This document shows, in pieces, positions 1-9,804 of a DNA stretch of 64,000 nt. How positions within the stretch are numbered: the stretch's first letter is position 1; every line of letters begins with the position of its first letter. The notes under the pieces are model-generated. The model was not told where the DNA came from. It saw only the letters and a program-made list of their open reading frames with translations, and ran no database searches. The translations under genes and the position numbers were made by a program. The stretch lies in contig CAWHAE010000016.1 of NCBI GenBank assembly GCA_963827235.1, positions 128,001 through 192,000 of the forward strand, written 5' to 3'. This DNA comes from an uncultured bacterium. GTDB taxonomy: Bacteria > Chloroflexota > UBA5177 > JANWHV01.

Positions 1-74
1 GTGAGGGCACTGGGACTCGAACCCAGGACACCTTGATTAAAAGTCAAGTGCTCTGCCGACTGAGCTATGCCCTC
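1..74 (-). tRNA. tRNA-Lys(UUU); last bases of CCA lie beyond the window edge
   Basis: Reverse complement reads GAGGGCA-TAGCTCAGTCGGCAGAGC-ACTTGA-CTTTTAA-TCAAG...GGTTCGAGTCCCAG-TGCCCTC-A-C. It has a 7-bp acceptor stem, a TTC T-loop and anticodon TTT. Confidence 0.97.
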
Positions 75-433
75 TCGGCGCCCCGATCGCCGTGCGCGAG
101 CCGGCTCCTGCCGGCCGCGCCCGGAGGAATCTCCCGGGAGCCATTCGCAGTATACCCTGCCGAGCATTCTTGAGTAAGCGGCAGCGGCACGCCGTCGGCT
201 CCGCGTCGTATCACGGTCGCGTGCTCGCCCTTCCGGCGGCCCAAGCCGTTGCCTGTGCCGAGCACAAGGCCGGATGAGGTGGCCACCCCTATCAATGCCA
301 ATGGTGCCGGATGCGTGCGGTCAGGAAAGTCCGAACCTCGGGGTCGCCCACGTCGGGTGTGGCGAGAGCCGGCACTCGACTTTCAACGAGCAGGCTTTCG
401 GCGGCAGGTTCGGTAAGTAGTCCACGTTCTTGG

Positions 434-463
434 TTGACAGGGCCCAAGCCCGGTGCGTAAAAT
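434..463 (+). promoter_or_regulatory. sigma70-type promoter for the aminotransferase-xerD operon
   Basis: TTGACA (434-439), 18-nt spacer, TAAAAT (458-463). Confidence 0.7.
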
Positions 464-513
464 GGCAGAGTTATGTCGTGTTGAGGCACTCACATGCGGG
501 AAAGGGTCGCTGT

Positions 514-1731
514 TTGACATCCGTTTCTTCCCATGTTCTCCGGACTAGCACTCGAGCCCGGTTGGCTCCCGCCTCACCCATTCGCAAACTGACTCCATAT
601 GCCGACGCCGCCAAGGCGCGAGGCATTACCGTATACCATTTGAACATCGGCCAGCCGGACTTCAGCTCGCCCCGTGCCATCATGGACGCAATCAGCGGAT
701 TCGGCGACTCCGTGCTCGCCTACGCGCCGTCGCAGGGACTTCCGGCCGCACGCCAGGCATGGTCGGACTATTATGCCGCGCAGGGCCTCGACGTTCCTGT
801 CGACCAGATCCTGGTCACGACGGGAGGCAGCGAAGCGATTTCGTTCGCGATCGCCGCTGTCGCCGATCCGGGCGATAATGTGCTCGTCTTCGAGCCCACG
901 TACACGAACTACTGTGGATTCGCTGCCGCGGCATCCGTCTCGCTCAGGGCCGTGGCTCTGGATCCGGACCATGGCTACGCTATCCCTTCCCCCGAGACGG
1001 TGGCCGGAGCAATCGATGACCGGACGCGAGCGATCCTGCTCTGTAATCCCAACAATCCTACCGGCTCGGTGTACGACCGACGCACGATGAAGGCGTACCT
1101 GGCTCTGGCCGAGAGCATGGGACTGTTCCTGATCGTCGACGAGGCCTACCGCGAGTTTCTCTACGACCGCTCGATCGATTATGCCAACGTGCTGGCCATC
1201 GGTCCGCGGTCTCAGCACCTGATCATGGTTGACAGCACATCCAAGCGGTTCAACGTCTGCGGTGCCCGCGTGGGCTGCTTGGTCTCGCCGAATCCGGCGA
1301 TAGTTGATGCGGCGCTGAGGTTCGCCCAGGCCCGGCTCTCGGTCGCCACGGTCGAGCAGCTCGCGGTCGTTCCGCTGCTTCGCGACCCGCTCCCCTACAC
1401 CACGCAGCTCGTCGCGGACTACTTGAAACGGCGCGATGTCGTGCTGCGGCTCGTTCGAGCATTGCCCGGAGCCGGCTATAGCGAGCCTCAGGGTGCGTTC
1501 TACATGGTCGTGAAGCTTCCTGTCGACGACAGCGAGAGTTTCGCACGCTGGATGCTGGAGACCTTCTCGCACAATGGAGAGACCGTGTTCGTGGCGCCGA
1601 TGGCGGGGTTCTACGTGAGCGCCGGCAAGGGCACCGACGAAGTTCGCCTGGCATTTGTCCTGGAAGAAGGGCGGCTTGCCCGAGCTGTGGAGCTCTTGCA
1701 CCTTGGCCTCGCCGGGTATTTGAGCCGCTAG
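514..1731 (+). CDS. PLP-dependent aminotransferase, class I/II (aspartate aminotransferase-like)
   Basis: Motifs LNIGQPDF, NPNNPTG, DEAY and STSKRF (PLP Lys), plus GARVG and terminal R. TTG at 514 is chosen because it lies downstream of the promoter. Confidence 0.92.
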   Translation: MTSVSSHVLRTSTRARLAPASPIRKLTPYADAAKARGITVYHLNIGQPDFSSPRAIMDAISGFGDSVLAYAPSQGLPAARQAWSDYYAAQGLDVPVDQILVTTGGSEAISFAIAAVADPGDNVLVFEPTYTNYCGFAAAASVSLRAVALDPDHGYAIPSPETVAGAIDDRTRAILLCNPNNPTGSVYDRRTMKAYLALAESMGLFLIVDEAYREFLYDRSIDYANVLAIGPRSQHLIMVDSTSKRFNVCGARVGCLVSPNPAIVDAALRFAQARLSVATVEQLAVVPLLRDPLPYTTQLVADYLKRRDVVLRLVRALPGAGYSEPQGAFYMVVKLPVDDSESFARWMLETFSHNGETVFVAPMAGFYVSAGKGTDEVRLAFVLEEGRLARAVELLHLGLAGYLSR

Positions 1732-1746
1732 TCAGGGAGCCTGGTC

Positions 1747-2667
1747 ATGCAGGAATTCGTGGCAGCGTTCATCGCGTACCTGCGCGCTGAAAAGGGCTTT
1801 TCGATCAACACGATCAATGCCTATCAGAATGACTTGACCCAGCTTCAGAAGTTCGTCGACTCGCTCGAGGTTCCCGAGGGCGCGGAGCGGGGATCGCTGT
1901 CGCGGGATCAGATTATGCGCTTCCTCATGTCGCTTCGAGAGAAGGAGTATGCGGCGACCACCGTGGCGCGCAAGATCGCGGCCGTCAAGTCGTTCTGCCA
2001 TTTCCTCGAGCAGGAAGGGTTGCTCACGCAGAATCCCGCGGAGCATATCGAGTCGCCTCGGGTCACCAAGTATCTGCCGCGCGCCGCCACGATCGGCGAG
2101 ATCGAGCGCCTGCTGGCACAGATTGACGGCACGACGCCCGCTGCCCTGCGCGACAGCGCCATGCTCGAGCTGCTCTACGCCACCGGCATGCGCGTGAGCG
2201 AGCTGGTCTCGCTGGATTGCGCCGACGTCAACCTGGACGACGACGTGGTGGTTTGCCGAGGCAAGGGCGACAAGCAGCGCCAGATACCGTTTGGGCAGAA
2301 GGCCCGCGAGGCGCTCGTCCGCTATCTGGCCGAGGCCAGGCCGCGCCTCCTGGGCAGGCGGCCGGGAGACGCACTATTTCTGAACCATCACGGCGAGCGC
2401 CTGACCCGGCAGGGTTTCTGGCTGATCATCAAGGCGTATGCGCGGCAGGCGGGCATCGAAAAGCTCACGCCGCACACGCTGCGCCACAGCTTTGCCACGC
2501 ACCTGATCAGCAACGGAGCCGACCTGCGCTCAGTGCAGGAGCTGCTCGGTCATTCCAGCATCAGCACTACGCAGGTGTATACGCACGTGGCCGATACTCG
2601 CCTGCGGCAAGTCTACGACGAGGCGCATCCACGCGCGCTGGATCCGGTGCCCGTCGAGTCGCACTGA
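1747..2667 (+). CDS. xerD: site-specific tyrosine recombinase XerD
   Basis: LYATGMRVSEL, GKGDKQR, LTRQGFWLII, TPHTLRHSFATHL, LLGHSSISTTQVYTHV. Confidence 0.93.
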   Translation: MQEFVAAFIAYLRAEKGFSINTINAYQNDLTQLQKFVDSLEVPEGAERGSLSRDQIMRFLMSLREKEYAATTVARKIAAVKSFCHFLEQEGLLTQNPAEHIESPRVTKYLPRAATIGEIERLLAQIDGTTPAALRDSAMLELLYATGMRVSELVSLDCADVNLDDDVVVCRGKGDKQRQIPFGQKAREALVRYLAEARPRLLGRRPGDALFLNHHGERLTRQGFWLIIKAYARQAGIEKLTPHTLRHSFATHLISNGADLRSVQELLGHSSISTTQVYTHVADTRLRQVYDEAHPRALDPVPVESH

Positions 2668-2725
2668 CCGGCAGGGATGCGACCACATGCTTCATGGCGA
2701 GACTCGGCCGCGGCCCCTCACCCGG

Positions 2726-5362
2726 TCAGTCCTGCGCGAAGAGCGATAGCTGGAGATCGGGCGTGGCCTCGCGCACCCGCCGCTTGGCGGCACGCGCGGA
2801 CGCCGTCGTCTCGTACATGGAAAGCAGCGCGCGAGCTCTGAGCACGACCGACGTCGGCAGGCCGGCGAGCTCGGCGACATGAATGCCGTACGCCTTGTCC
2901 GCACCGCCCGGCACCACACGGCGTAAAAACACCACCTGAGAACCTTCCTCCAGCACGTCCATACGGTAGTTCCGGATGTGCGGCCTCAGCTCCGCCAGGG
3001 CCGTCAGCTCGTGGAAGTGGGTGGCGAATATGGTCTTCGCGCGGTGTCCGGGATCGTCGTGGATGTGCTCGATCACCGCCTGCGCGAGCGCGAGTCCGTC
3101 GTAGGTGCTGGTACCTCGGCCAATCTCATCCAGAATGAGCAGCGATCGCGGCGTGCACTCGGCCAGAATGGCGCTGGTCTCGGACATCTCAACCATGAAC
3201 GTCGATTGACCCGCGGAGAGGTCGTCCTGCGCTCCGACGCGCGTGAAAATGCGATCGACCAGGCCGATGTGGGCAGCCAGGGCGGGCACGAAGCTGCCGA
3301 CCTGGGCCAGCAGCACGATAAGGGCTACCTGGCGCAGGTAGGTAGACTTCCCGGCCATGTTGGGTCCCGTCAGCACGACAAGGCGAGACTGTTCATCGAG
3401 AAGCGTGTCGTTCGGTACAAAGGCGACGTCGGACTGGCTCACTTCTACCACGGGATGCCGCCCACCGGTGATCTCGATTCTGTCTCCCTCGTCCAGGACC
3501 GGGCAGTGGTAGTCCTGCTCGAGGGCAACCACCGCAAATGACGCGTAGACGTCAAGATGACCGACCGCGTCAGCACTGCGAAGCATACGGTCGGCAGCGT
3601 CCGCTACCCGCGCGCGCAGGGCATCCAGCACGTCGAGCTCGAGGCGAACACGCTGCTCCTGGGCCCGCAGGAGCAGTGTCTCCCGTTGCTTGAGCTCGGG
3701 CGTCACGTACCGCTCGCCTCCGGCGACCGTCTGCTTGCGCACATAGTCGTCCGGAATCAGAGCAAGCCCTGCCTTGCCGACCTCGATCGCGTAGCCAAAT
3801 ACCCTGCTGTAGACGATCTTCAGCGACTTGATGCCTGTGCGCGCCCGCTCTGCCGCTTCCAGACCCGCCAGCCACTCGCGCGCCTCCTTGGTTCCCGCGT
3901 CTACATCGTCGACGGACGCCGAATAGCCCGGCCGCACGAAGCCGCCATCCATGGACGATACGGGCGGGTCGTCGACCAGGGCGCGCCGGATCTCCGCGGC
4001 CACTTCCGAGCAGGGGTCGAGCGCGGCATCGATCGCATCGAGCGTGTCGCCGGAGGGCGAGAGATCCAGCGATTCCCCACTTGCCGATTGTACGAGCGGC
4101 GCCAGCGCACCGCGAAGGCGCTCGAGCCGGTCCAGCGCCCGCGCCAGAGCCAGCAACTCCCGCGGGCTCGCGCTGCCCTGCTGCGCCCTACAGACGAGCC
4201 TGTCGATGTCTCCGATGCCTTGCAGAGCGTCCAGCACGCGCAGGCGCACGGTCGTGGTCGACGCCAGGGCTTTGACCGCTTCCTGCCTGCGCAGAAGCGG
4301 AGGCAGCACGATGAGCGGCGCGTTGAGCCATCGCCGCAGCAATCGGCTTCCCATCGGGGTCTTCGATCGGTCGAGCACGGCCAGAAGCGAGCCGGAAGGG
4401 GCGCCACCGCGCATTGTCTGCATGAGCTCGAGGTTGCGCCGCGTGGGCGCGTCGAGCGTCATATGCTCCGCGGCACGGTAGAAGACGGGCTCGCGCAGAA
4501 TCGGGATCGATTCCGGCTGCGTATGCCGCAGATAGGCGATCAGGGCGCCGGCCGCGCCGAGAGCGAGCGTGAATTGCGCGTAGGCCTTGCCGCGCAGGGC
4601 ATCCGGGCCAAGCTGTTCGATCAGCGAGGTCCGCGCCGCGGCGGCGCTGAAGTGATGGGCGGCAACCGGAGTCATCACACAGCCCAGCAACACGACGGGC
4701 GGCTGTAGCTCGATTTCGAGCGGAAGGCCACCGCCGGCCTGGGCTGCATCGGTAGGGACTTGCTCCAGCGACCGTGCCCCCTCACCATCTGCCTCTTGCT
4801 TACCCACACGCAGACTGAACTGCAAGCCTTCATGGGGCCAGAGGCACTCGGCAGGTGCAATGCGAGCCAGCTCGCGTGCCACGGCTTGTTCGGCCGGATC
4901 TCCGGCAACGTGCTGCAGAAAGAACTCGCCGGTCGACACGTCGACGTACGCGAGCCCGGCCGACGAGCCGTGAATGAACAGCGCGGCAAGGTAGTTATTT
5001 CTACCGCTGTCCAGCAGACCAGGCTCCCGCACCGTGCCGGGCGTGATCACTCGCACGATCCGGCGCTCGACCAGTACCTTGCTTGTCCTCGGATCGCCGA
5101 TCTGCTCGGCAATTGCTACCTTGTGCCCGCGCTCCACCAACCTACCGATGTGCGCGTCGGCGTGGTGCCACGGCACTCCTGCCATGGGCGATCGCTCTTC
5201 CTTGGAGAATTGCCGGCTGGTCAGCGTCAGGCCCAGCTCTCGAGCGCCAATCTCGGCGTCTCCATCGAACATCTCGAAGAAGTCGCCCAGCCGGAAGAGA
5301 AGAAGGGCATCCGGATACTCAGCCTTGAGCCGCAGGTACTGCCGGCGAACCGGTGTGCTCAC
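2726..5362 (-). CDS. mutS: DNA mismatch repair protein MutS
   Basis: FRLGDFFEMF, TGPNMAGKSTYLRQ, LDEIGRGTST, and a C-terminal QLSLF clamp motif. GTG at 5362 overlaps the upstream stop. Confidence 0.97.
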   Translation of the reverse strand: MSTPVRRQYLRLKAEYPDALLLFRLGDFFEMFDGDAEIGARELGLTLTSRQFSKEERSPMAGVPWHHADAHIGRLVERGHKVAIAEQIGDPRTSKVLVERRIVRVITPGTVREPGLLDSGRNNYLAALFIHGSSAGLAYVDVSTGEFFLQHVAGDPAEQAVARELARIAPAECLWPHEGLQFSLRVGKQEADGEGARSLEQVPTDAAQAGGGLPLEIELQPPVVLLGCVMTPVAAHHFSAAAARTSLIEQLGPDALRGKAYAQFTLALGAAGALIAYLRHTQPESIPILREPVFYRAAEHMTLDAPTRRNLELMQTMRGGAPSGSLLAVLDRSKTPMGSRLLRRWLNAPLIVLPPLLRRQEAVKALASTTTVRLRVLDALQGIGDIDRLVCRAQQGSASPRELLALARALDRLERLRGALAPLVQSASGESLDLSPSGDTLDAIDAALDPCSEVAAEIRRALVDDPPVSSMDGGFVRPGYSASVDDVDAGTKEAREWLAGLEAAERARTGIKSLKIVYSRVFGYAIEVGKAGLALIPDDYVRKQTVAGGERYVTPELKQRETLLLRAQEQRVRLELDVLDALRARVADAADRMLRSADAVGHLDVYASFAVVALEQDYHCPVLDEGDRIEITGGRHPVVEVSQSDVAFVPNDTLLDEQSRLVVLTGPNMAGKSTYLRQVALIVLLAQVGSFVPALAAHIGLVDRIFTRVGAQDDLSAGQSTFMVEMSETSAILAECTPRSLLILDEIGRGTSTYDGLALAQAVIEHIHDDPGHRAKTIFATHFHELTALAELRPHIRNYRMDVLEEGSQVVFLRRVVPGGADKAYGIHVAELAGLPTSVVLRARALLSMYETTASARAAKRRVREATPDLQLSLFAQD

Positions 5363-5925
5363 ACGACCTTGACGCCCTGTCCGACGGTAAGCACAAGCTT
5401 GCCCAGGCGCAGCTCGTCGCCGACAGCGATCGGCGTTGGAGTATGCGAAGGCAGCCGCGTCCCGTTGACCAGCGTGTAATTCGTGCTCATCAGGTCTTCG
5501 ACGAACCACTGCCCGGTGCGCCAGGTGAGGCGACAATGGCGGCGCGATACGCCGCATTGCTGAGCGTTCTCGGGGCTCAGATCGATGTCCGGGCGCAGTC
5601 CCGAGCGCGAGTCGGCGCGTCCCATGATCACTTGTTCGCGGGCAGGCACTGCGATTCGGCGGCCCATACCGGTGATAAGGAAGAAGGTGTCGGGTGGGGC
5701 GTCGGCCTCGGGCGGAAGCTTGGGCTCGTCGTCGCGGTCGTCGAGGATGATCGTCTCCGGCCTATCGTCACCCTGCTCGGCAGGGCTTGGCTCAATCAGC
5801 GATGCCGTGTTGTGCCGTGGCCGCACTCCCGCCAGCGGCGTCAGGTCGTCGAGCGTGGCACCGCACTGATCGCAGAAGAGGGCGCCCTCAATGTTCTCAC
5901 TCTGGCATTGAATGCAACGAGCCAT
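5359..5925 (-). CDS. zinc-ribbon + FHA domain protein
   Basis: N-terminal CxxC...FCxxCG; FHA motifs MGR, GVSRRH, DLMSTNYT. Confidence 0.9.
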   Translation of the reverse strand: MARCIQCQSENIEGALFCDQCGATLDDLTPLAGVRPRHNTASLIEPSPAEQGDDRPETIILDDRDDEPKLPPEADAPPDTFFLITGMGRRIAVPAREQVIMGRADSRSGLRPDIDLSPENAQQCGVSRRHCRLTWRTGQWFVEDLMSTNYTLVNGTRLPSHTPTPIAVGDELRLGKLVLTVGQGVKVV

Positions 5926-5928
5926 CTG

Positions 5929-6756
5929 CTACTGCACACGCACCACTACGACGCTGATGTTGTCGACTCCACCATTCGCATTCGCGGCGTCCACGAGTAG
6001 CTGCACAGCCTGACCCGGATCATCCAGGCTCTCGACCGCCGCTTTGATGTCCTCGTCTCGCACCATCTCCCAAAGCCCATCCGAGCACAGGAGAAGAATG
6101 TCGCCCGATTGCAGTCGCTGCACCACGATGTCCGGGTTGGCCTCGGCGCGCGTTCCAAGCGCATTATAGATCAGGTTGCGGTGCGGATGTCGATAAACGT
6201 CGTCTTCGCTGATCAGGCCCTGCCGGACGAGGCTGCCGACCAGGGAATGGTCCTGTGTCAGGCAGCGTATGGCGCCGTCGCGCACGATGTACGTCCGGCT
6301 ATCCCCTATGTTTCCCACCAGAGCGAGATCGCCGGTCACCATGGCGACGGTCAGCGTGGAGCCCAATCCCGCACTCTCCGGAAACTGTTGCCCATGATCC
6401 CGTATGCGCTGATTGCAGCGCTGCATGGTGGCGGTGAGCACATCCACCATCGACACGTCGGGAGGTCCGCCGTCGCGCTCGAGAGGGGCTTCCTCAAGCC
6501 GCGCAGTCACGACTTCGGAGCCGGTTGACGGCACGATCCCTACCCGTCTGTCGAGAAACTCTCCAAGCTCTTCCCTGACCGTGTCGATGGCAATCTGGCT
6601 GGCGACCTCACCGGCGCTCTGCCCGCCCATGCCGTCGGCCACGGCGTAGAGGCCGACCGGAGTCTTGCCGCCGGATTGCGTGTAGCACAGCACACAGTCC
6701 TGGTTTTGCGCACGGCGCCGGCCGTGATCAGTCATTCCGGATGCCAACAGCTGCAT
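5929..6756 (-). CDS. PP2C-family Ser/Thr protein phosphatase (Stp1/PrpC-like)
   Basis: NQD, VADGMGG, GNIGDSR, LCSDGL, GGVDNIS. Confidence 0.95.
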   Translation of the reverse strand: MQLLASGMTDHGRRRAQNQDCVLCYTQSGGKTPVGLYAVADGMGGQSAGEVASQIAIDTVREELGEFLDRRVGIVPSTGSEVVTARLEEAPLERDGGPPDVSMVDVLTATMQRCNQRIRDHGQQFPESAGLGSTLTVAMVTGDLALVGNIGDSRTYIVRDGAIRCLTQDHSLVGSLVRQGLISEDDVYRHPHRNLIYNALGTRAEANPDIVVQRLQSGDILLLCSDGLWEMVRDEDIKAAVESLDDPGQAVQLLVDAANANGGVDNISVVVVRVQ

Positions 6757-6880
6757 GCGCGACGCATCTCCTCGCCTGGCGCCGACCGCCAGATTTCTGC
6801 TCCATTATACACGACGGTCACGCTCCCACCCTGGCGCCGAGGTATCGCCACAGGCGGTCGAATCAGGAGAGCGCAATTGT

Positions 6881-7663
6881 TCAGTCGAGGTCACCGGCCC
6901 CCGCCAGGACGATCGCGGCAGCGACGAGGCCCGCCGTCTCCGAGCGGAGAATGCGAGGGCCGAGGCCGACCGGCAGGAGACCAGCATCAACCGCCGCTGA
7001 GCGCTCGCCGCGCGCAAGGCCTCCTTCGGGGCCCACGAGGATGGAGACCGTCGCCTGCGGCCCGGAGGCCCGTTCACGACGCCACTCCTCCACCGCGACT
7101 CGTAACGATATTCGGGGCTCGCGCTCATCGAGAAGGGCACCTCTCCCCTGCTCGATCGCCGCGATACTTCGGAGCGCGGCGTCGAGCGCCATGGGCTCGC
7201 CGACGATGGGCAGCACCGACCGCTCACACTGCTCGGCAGCCTCCCGGACGACGGTCCGGTAACGGTCCAGCCGCGCGGCGTAGTCCGCCGCCTGCGTGCG
7301 GGAGAAGAGTACGGGCGTTACGGCCGACACTCCCACTTCAGTCGCCTTCTGGAGAAGCCAGGCGAAGTTGTCGCCCCGCAAAGCACTCTGATACATGAGC
7401 ACGCGGCATCGCGGCTCCGCTCGGCCCGGCAACGCGGCGACAATCGTGCCGGAGCCCGAGGCGGCGCTGCCTAGCGACACGCGAAACTCCCTGCCCCTGC
7501 CGTCGCAGGCGACGACGACGTCACCTTCGGACAGGCGAAGCACGCGCCGAATCTGGCGCCACTGGCCCGCCTCGAAGCGAACGCGGTTCCCCTCGACGGC
7601 GCCCGGATCTACGAAGAAACGGTGCGCGGCCCGGTGGCCAGCCTGGCCACGAGCGTCACCCAT
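6881..7663 (-). CDS. rsmE: 16S rRNA (uracil-1498-N3)-methyltransferase
   Basis: HRFF, QKATEVGV, EAAEQCER, VGPEGG, LGPRILRSETA. The start overlaps the prmA end by 55 nt. Confidence 0.93.
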   Translation of the reverse strand: MGDARGQAGHRAAHRFFVDPGAVEGNRVRFEAGQWRQIRRVLRLSEGDVVVACDGRGREFRVSLGSAASGSGTIVAALPGRAEPRCRVLMYQSALRGDNFAWLLQKATEVGVSAVTPVLFSRTQAADYAARLDRYRTVVREAAEQCERSVLPIVGEPMALDAALRSIAAIEQGRGALLDEREPRISLRVAVEEWRRERASGPQATVSILVGPEGGLARGERSAAVDAGLLPVGLGPRILRSETAGLVAAAIVLAGAGDLD

Positions 7664-8562
7664 TCGTCCTCGCTCAGTCGGTCGACGATCTGGTATCCGG
7701 ATCCCTCCACGGCCTGGGCAACCTCGTCGGCCCGCTCGCGAATGATGCCCGAGGCGATTAACAGCGCCGCCGGGCGAGACGAGGAGGCAAAGGCAGGCGC
7801 CATGCGTATGATCGCGTTGGCGATAATGTTCGCCACCACGAGATCGGCGACCGGCTGCCCGGACGACGGAAACACCTGCCGTTCCACCGGCGCGTTCTGA
7901 TCCACGAGCTGCACGTGAACGCGATCGCTCACTCCGTTACGCTCGGCGTTTTCGATAGCGGCCGCGGTAGCCACCTCGGTGATGTCGCGGGCCCACACTT
8001 CCGCGGCACCCAGCCTCGCGGCGGCACAGGCCAGGATGCCGGAGCCGGTGCCCTGGTCGATCACGACCATACCAGGCTCAACCAGCCGCTCCAGAGCCGC
8101 CAGGCACATGCGAGTCGTCTGGTGAATGCCGGTGCCAAATGCCATCCCGGGATCGATCTCCACGACGACCGTGCCGACCTCGGCATCCACGTGCCGCCAG
8201 CTCGGCTTGACCAGCAGCCGGCCGATACGCAGCGGGTGGTAGTGCTCTTTCCAGGCATTCGCCCAGTCGTCTTCGTGCACGCGACGCACCTGTAACTCGC
8301 CGATCGGCGCCAGGTCGAAAGCTGCGAGGTGCCAGATGCCTTCCTCGACTCGCTGCCTGCGCTGCTGGCCGTCCGGCGTGTCCGGGACGTAGGTCAAGAT
8401 GCGCGCCGGCCGGCTGGAATCGATGCCATAGCGCTCACCTTCCGGGTCGGTGAAAAAGGGCTGCTCGACCGCGACACCCCCTTCGCCATACTGATGAAAC
8501 AGGGCGCTGATCGCCTCCACGGCAGCGATATCGGCGCTGATGCTGATCTCGAGCCAGTACAC
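7609..8562 (-). CDS. prmA: ribosomal protein L11 methyltransferase
   Basis: DWANAWKEHY, DPGMAFGTG, DQGTGSGIL, VANIIA; follows dnaJ. Confidence 0.95.
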   Translation of the reverse strand: MYWLEISISADIAAVEAISALFHQYGEGGVAVEQPFFTDPEGERYGIDSSRPARILTYVPDTPDGQQRRQRVEEGIWHLAAFDLAPIGELQVRRVHEDDWANAWKEHYHPLRIGRLLVKPSWRHVDAEVGTVVVEIDPGMAFGTGIHQTTRMCLAALERLVEPGMVVIDQGTGSGILACAAARLGAAEVWARDITEVATAAAIENAERNGVSDRVHVQLVDQNAPVERQVFPSSGQPVADLVVANIIANAIIRMAPAFASSSRPAALLIASGIIRERADEVAQAVEGSGYQIVDRLSEDEWVTLVARLATGPRTVSS

Positions 8563-9689
8563 TAGCCGAGAGTGTCTTTCATCTTGGAGAAGAAGCCGCG
8601 CTTGTGTCCCTCCTGCTGGGCGTGCGCCAGCTCAGCCAGCTCCTCGTACAGCTCGCGCTCTTTCTGGGAGAGCGCGCTCGGCGTGCGCACGGTAACGGTG
8701 ACGTAGAGGTCGCCGCGGCCCATGGCTCGCAACCGGGGCACCCCCTTGTCGCGCAGGCGGAATGCCTTGCCGGTTTGCGTGCCTGCCGGTATGGTCAGCT
8801 TCTCGCTGCCGTCTATGGTCGGCACTTCGACCTGGTCGCCGAGCGCCGCCTGGGGGAAACTGAGCGGCAGCTCGTAATACAGGTCGGCTCCATCACGCTT
8901 GAACTGCTGGTGCGGCTTCACGGTCAGGATGACATAAAGGTTACCAGGCATACCGCCTCGGGGACCGGACTCACCCTCGGCTGTCACCCTGATTTGCTGA
9001 TCGTTGTCCACTCCCGGTGGGATCTTCACGGCAAGGCGCCTGGTCACGTGAATCCGGCCCTCGCCCTTACACTCCTTGCAGGGACTGGAGATGATCTGCC
9101 CCTCGCCTTTACACCGGCCGCAGACCGTGACGTTCACGAACTGTCCGAAGAAGGATTGCTGCACGCGGCGCACCTCGCCGGAGCCATTGCATTGCGGACA
9201 CCGCTTCAGCTCGGACTTGGGCTCGGCGCCCGTGCCGCCGCAATGGGCACAGTTATCCAGCCGAGGCACCACGAGCTCTTTCTCGCAACCGAACACGGCC
9301 TCTTCGAAGGTGATGGTCAGGTCGTAACGCAGATCGGCCCCGCGCTGGGGGCCGTGACGGCCGGCGGTTGACCCGGCACCGCCGAAGATACTGCCGAACT
9401 GCTCGAAGATGTCTGCAAAGGAGCCGAAACCACCGAAGTTGCCGAAGTCGCCGGCCGCGCCGTTCACTCCGGCATGCCCGTACTGATTGTAGATCTGTCG
9501 CTTCTGCGGATCGTTGAGGACCTCATAGGCCTCGCTGATCTCCTTAAACCGCTCTTCCGAGCCCGCCTCTTTGTTGACGTCCGGATGGTACTGCCGAGCC
9601 AGCTTGCGGAACGCGCGCTTCAACGCGGCGTCGTCGGCATCACGCTGCACACCGAGGATGTCGTAATAATCACGCTTCGTTTGAGCCAA
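8562..9689 (-). CDS. dnaJ: chaperone DnaJ
   Basis: J domain with HPD, G/F-rich region, four CxxCxGxG repeats. Confidence 0.98.
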   Translation of the reverse strand: MAQTKRDYYDILGVQRDADDAALKRAFRKLARQYHPDVNKEAGSEERFKEISEAYEVLNDPQKRQIYNQYGHAGVNGAAGDFGNFGGFGSFADIFEQFGSIFGGAGSTAGRHGPQRGADLRYDLTITFEEAVFGCEKELVVPRLDNCAHCGGTGAEPKSELKRCPQCNGSGEVRRVQQSFFGQFVNVTVCGRCKGEGQIISSPCKECKGEGRIHVTRRLAVKIPPGVDNDQQIRVTAEGESGPRGGMPGNLYVILTVKPHQQFKRDGADLYYELPLSFPQAALGDQVEVPTIDGSEKLTIPAGTQTGKAFRLRDKGVPRLRAMGRGDLYVTVTVRTPSALSQKERELYEELAELAHAQQEGHKRGFFSKMKDTLG

Positions 9690-9765
9690 TGTGATACCCG
9701 CCTGCTTTCTCGTTCACCGTGTCCCGCCCCGTCCTAGCGATGCCAGCTTGCCCTGTACGCTGCGA

Positions 9766-9804
9766 TGCCACAGCCCGCGACCGGCCGGTCGCAGGGCTGT
9801 GGCA
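9766..9804. terminator. near-perfect palindromic stem-loop between dnaK and dnaJ (terminator or mRNA stabiliser)
   Basis: TGCCACAGCCC-GCGACCGG|CCGGTCGC-A-GGGCTGTGGCA. Confidence 0.6.

Noticed and set aside
300-385. GGAAAGTCCG resembling the RNase P RNA 5' core, within a GTGCCGG/CCGGCAC stem
   Set aside because: The region is too short and lacks the conserved 3' ACAGAA...GGCTTA element.
1-2667. Tyrosine recombinase near a tRNA, read as an integrated element
   Set aside because: The protein has XerD signatures, its neighbours are housekeeping genes, and I saw no att duplication of the tRNA end.
5363-5557. N-terminal extension of the MutS ORF in the track
   Set aside because: It overlaps the real FHA gene; MutS homology starts at GTG 5362.
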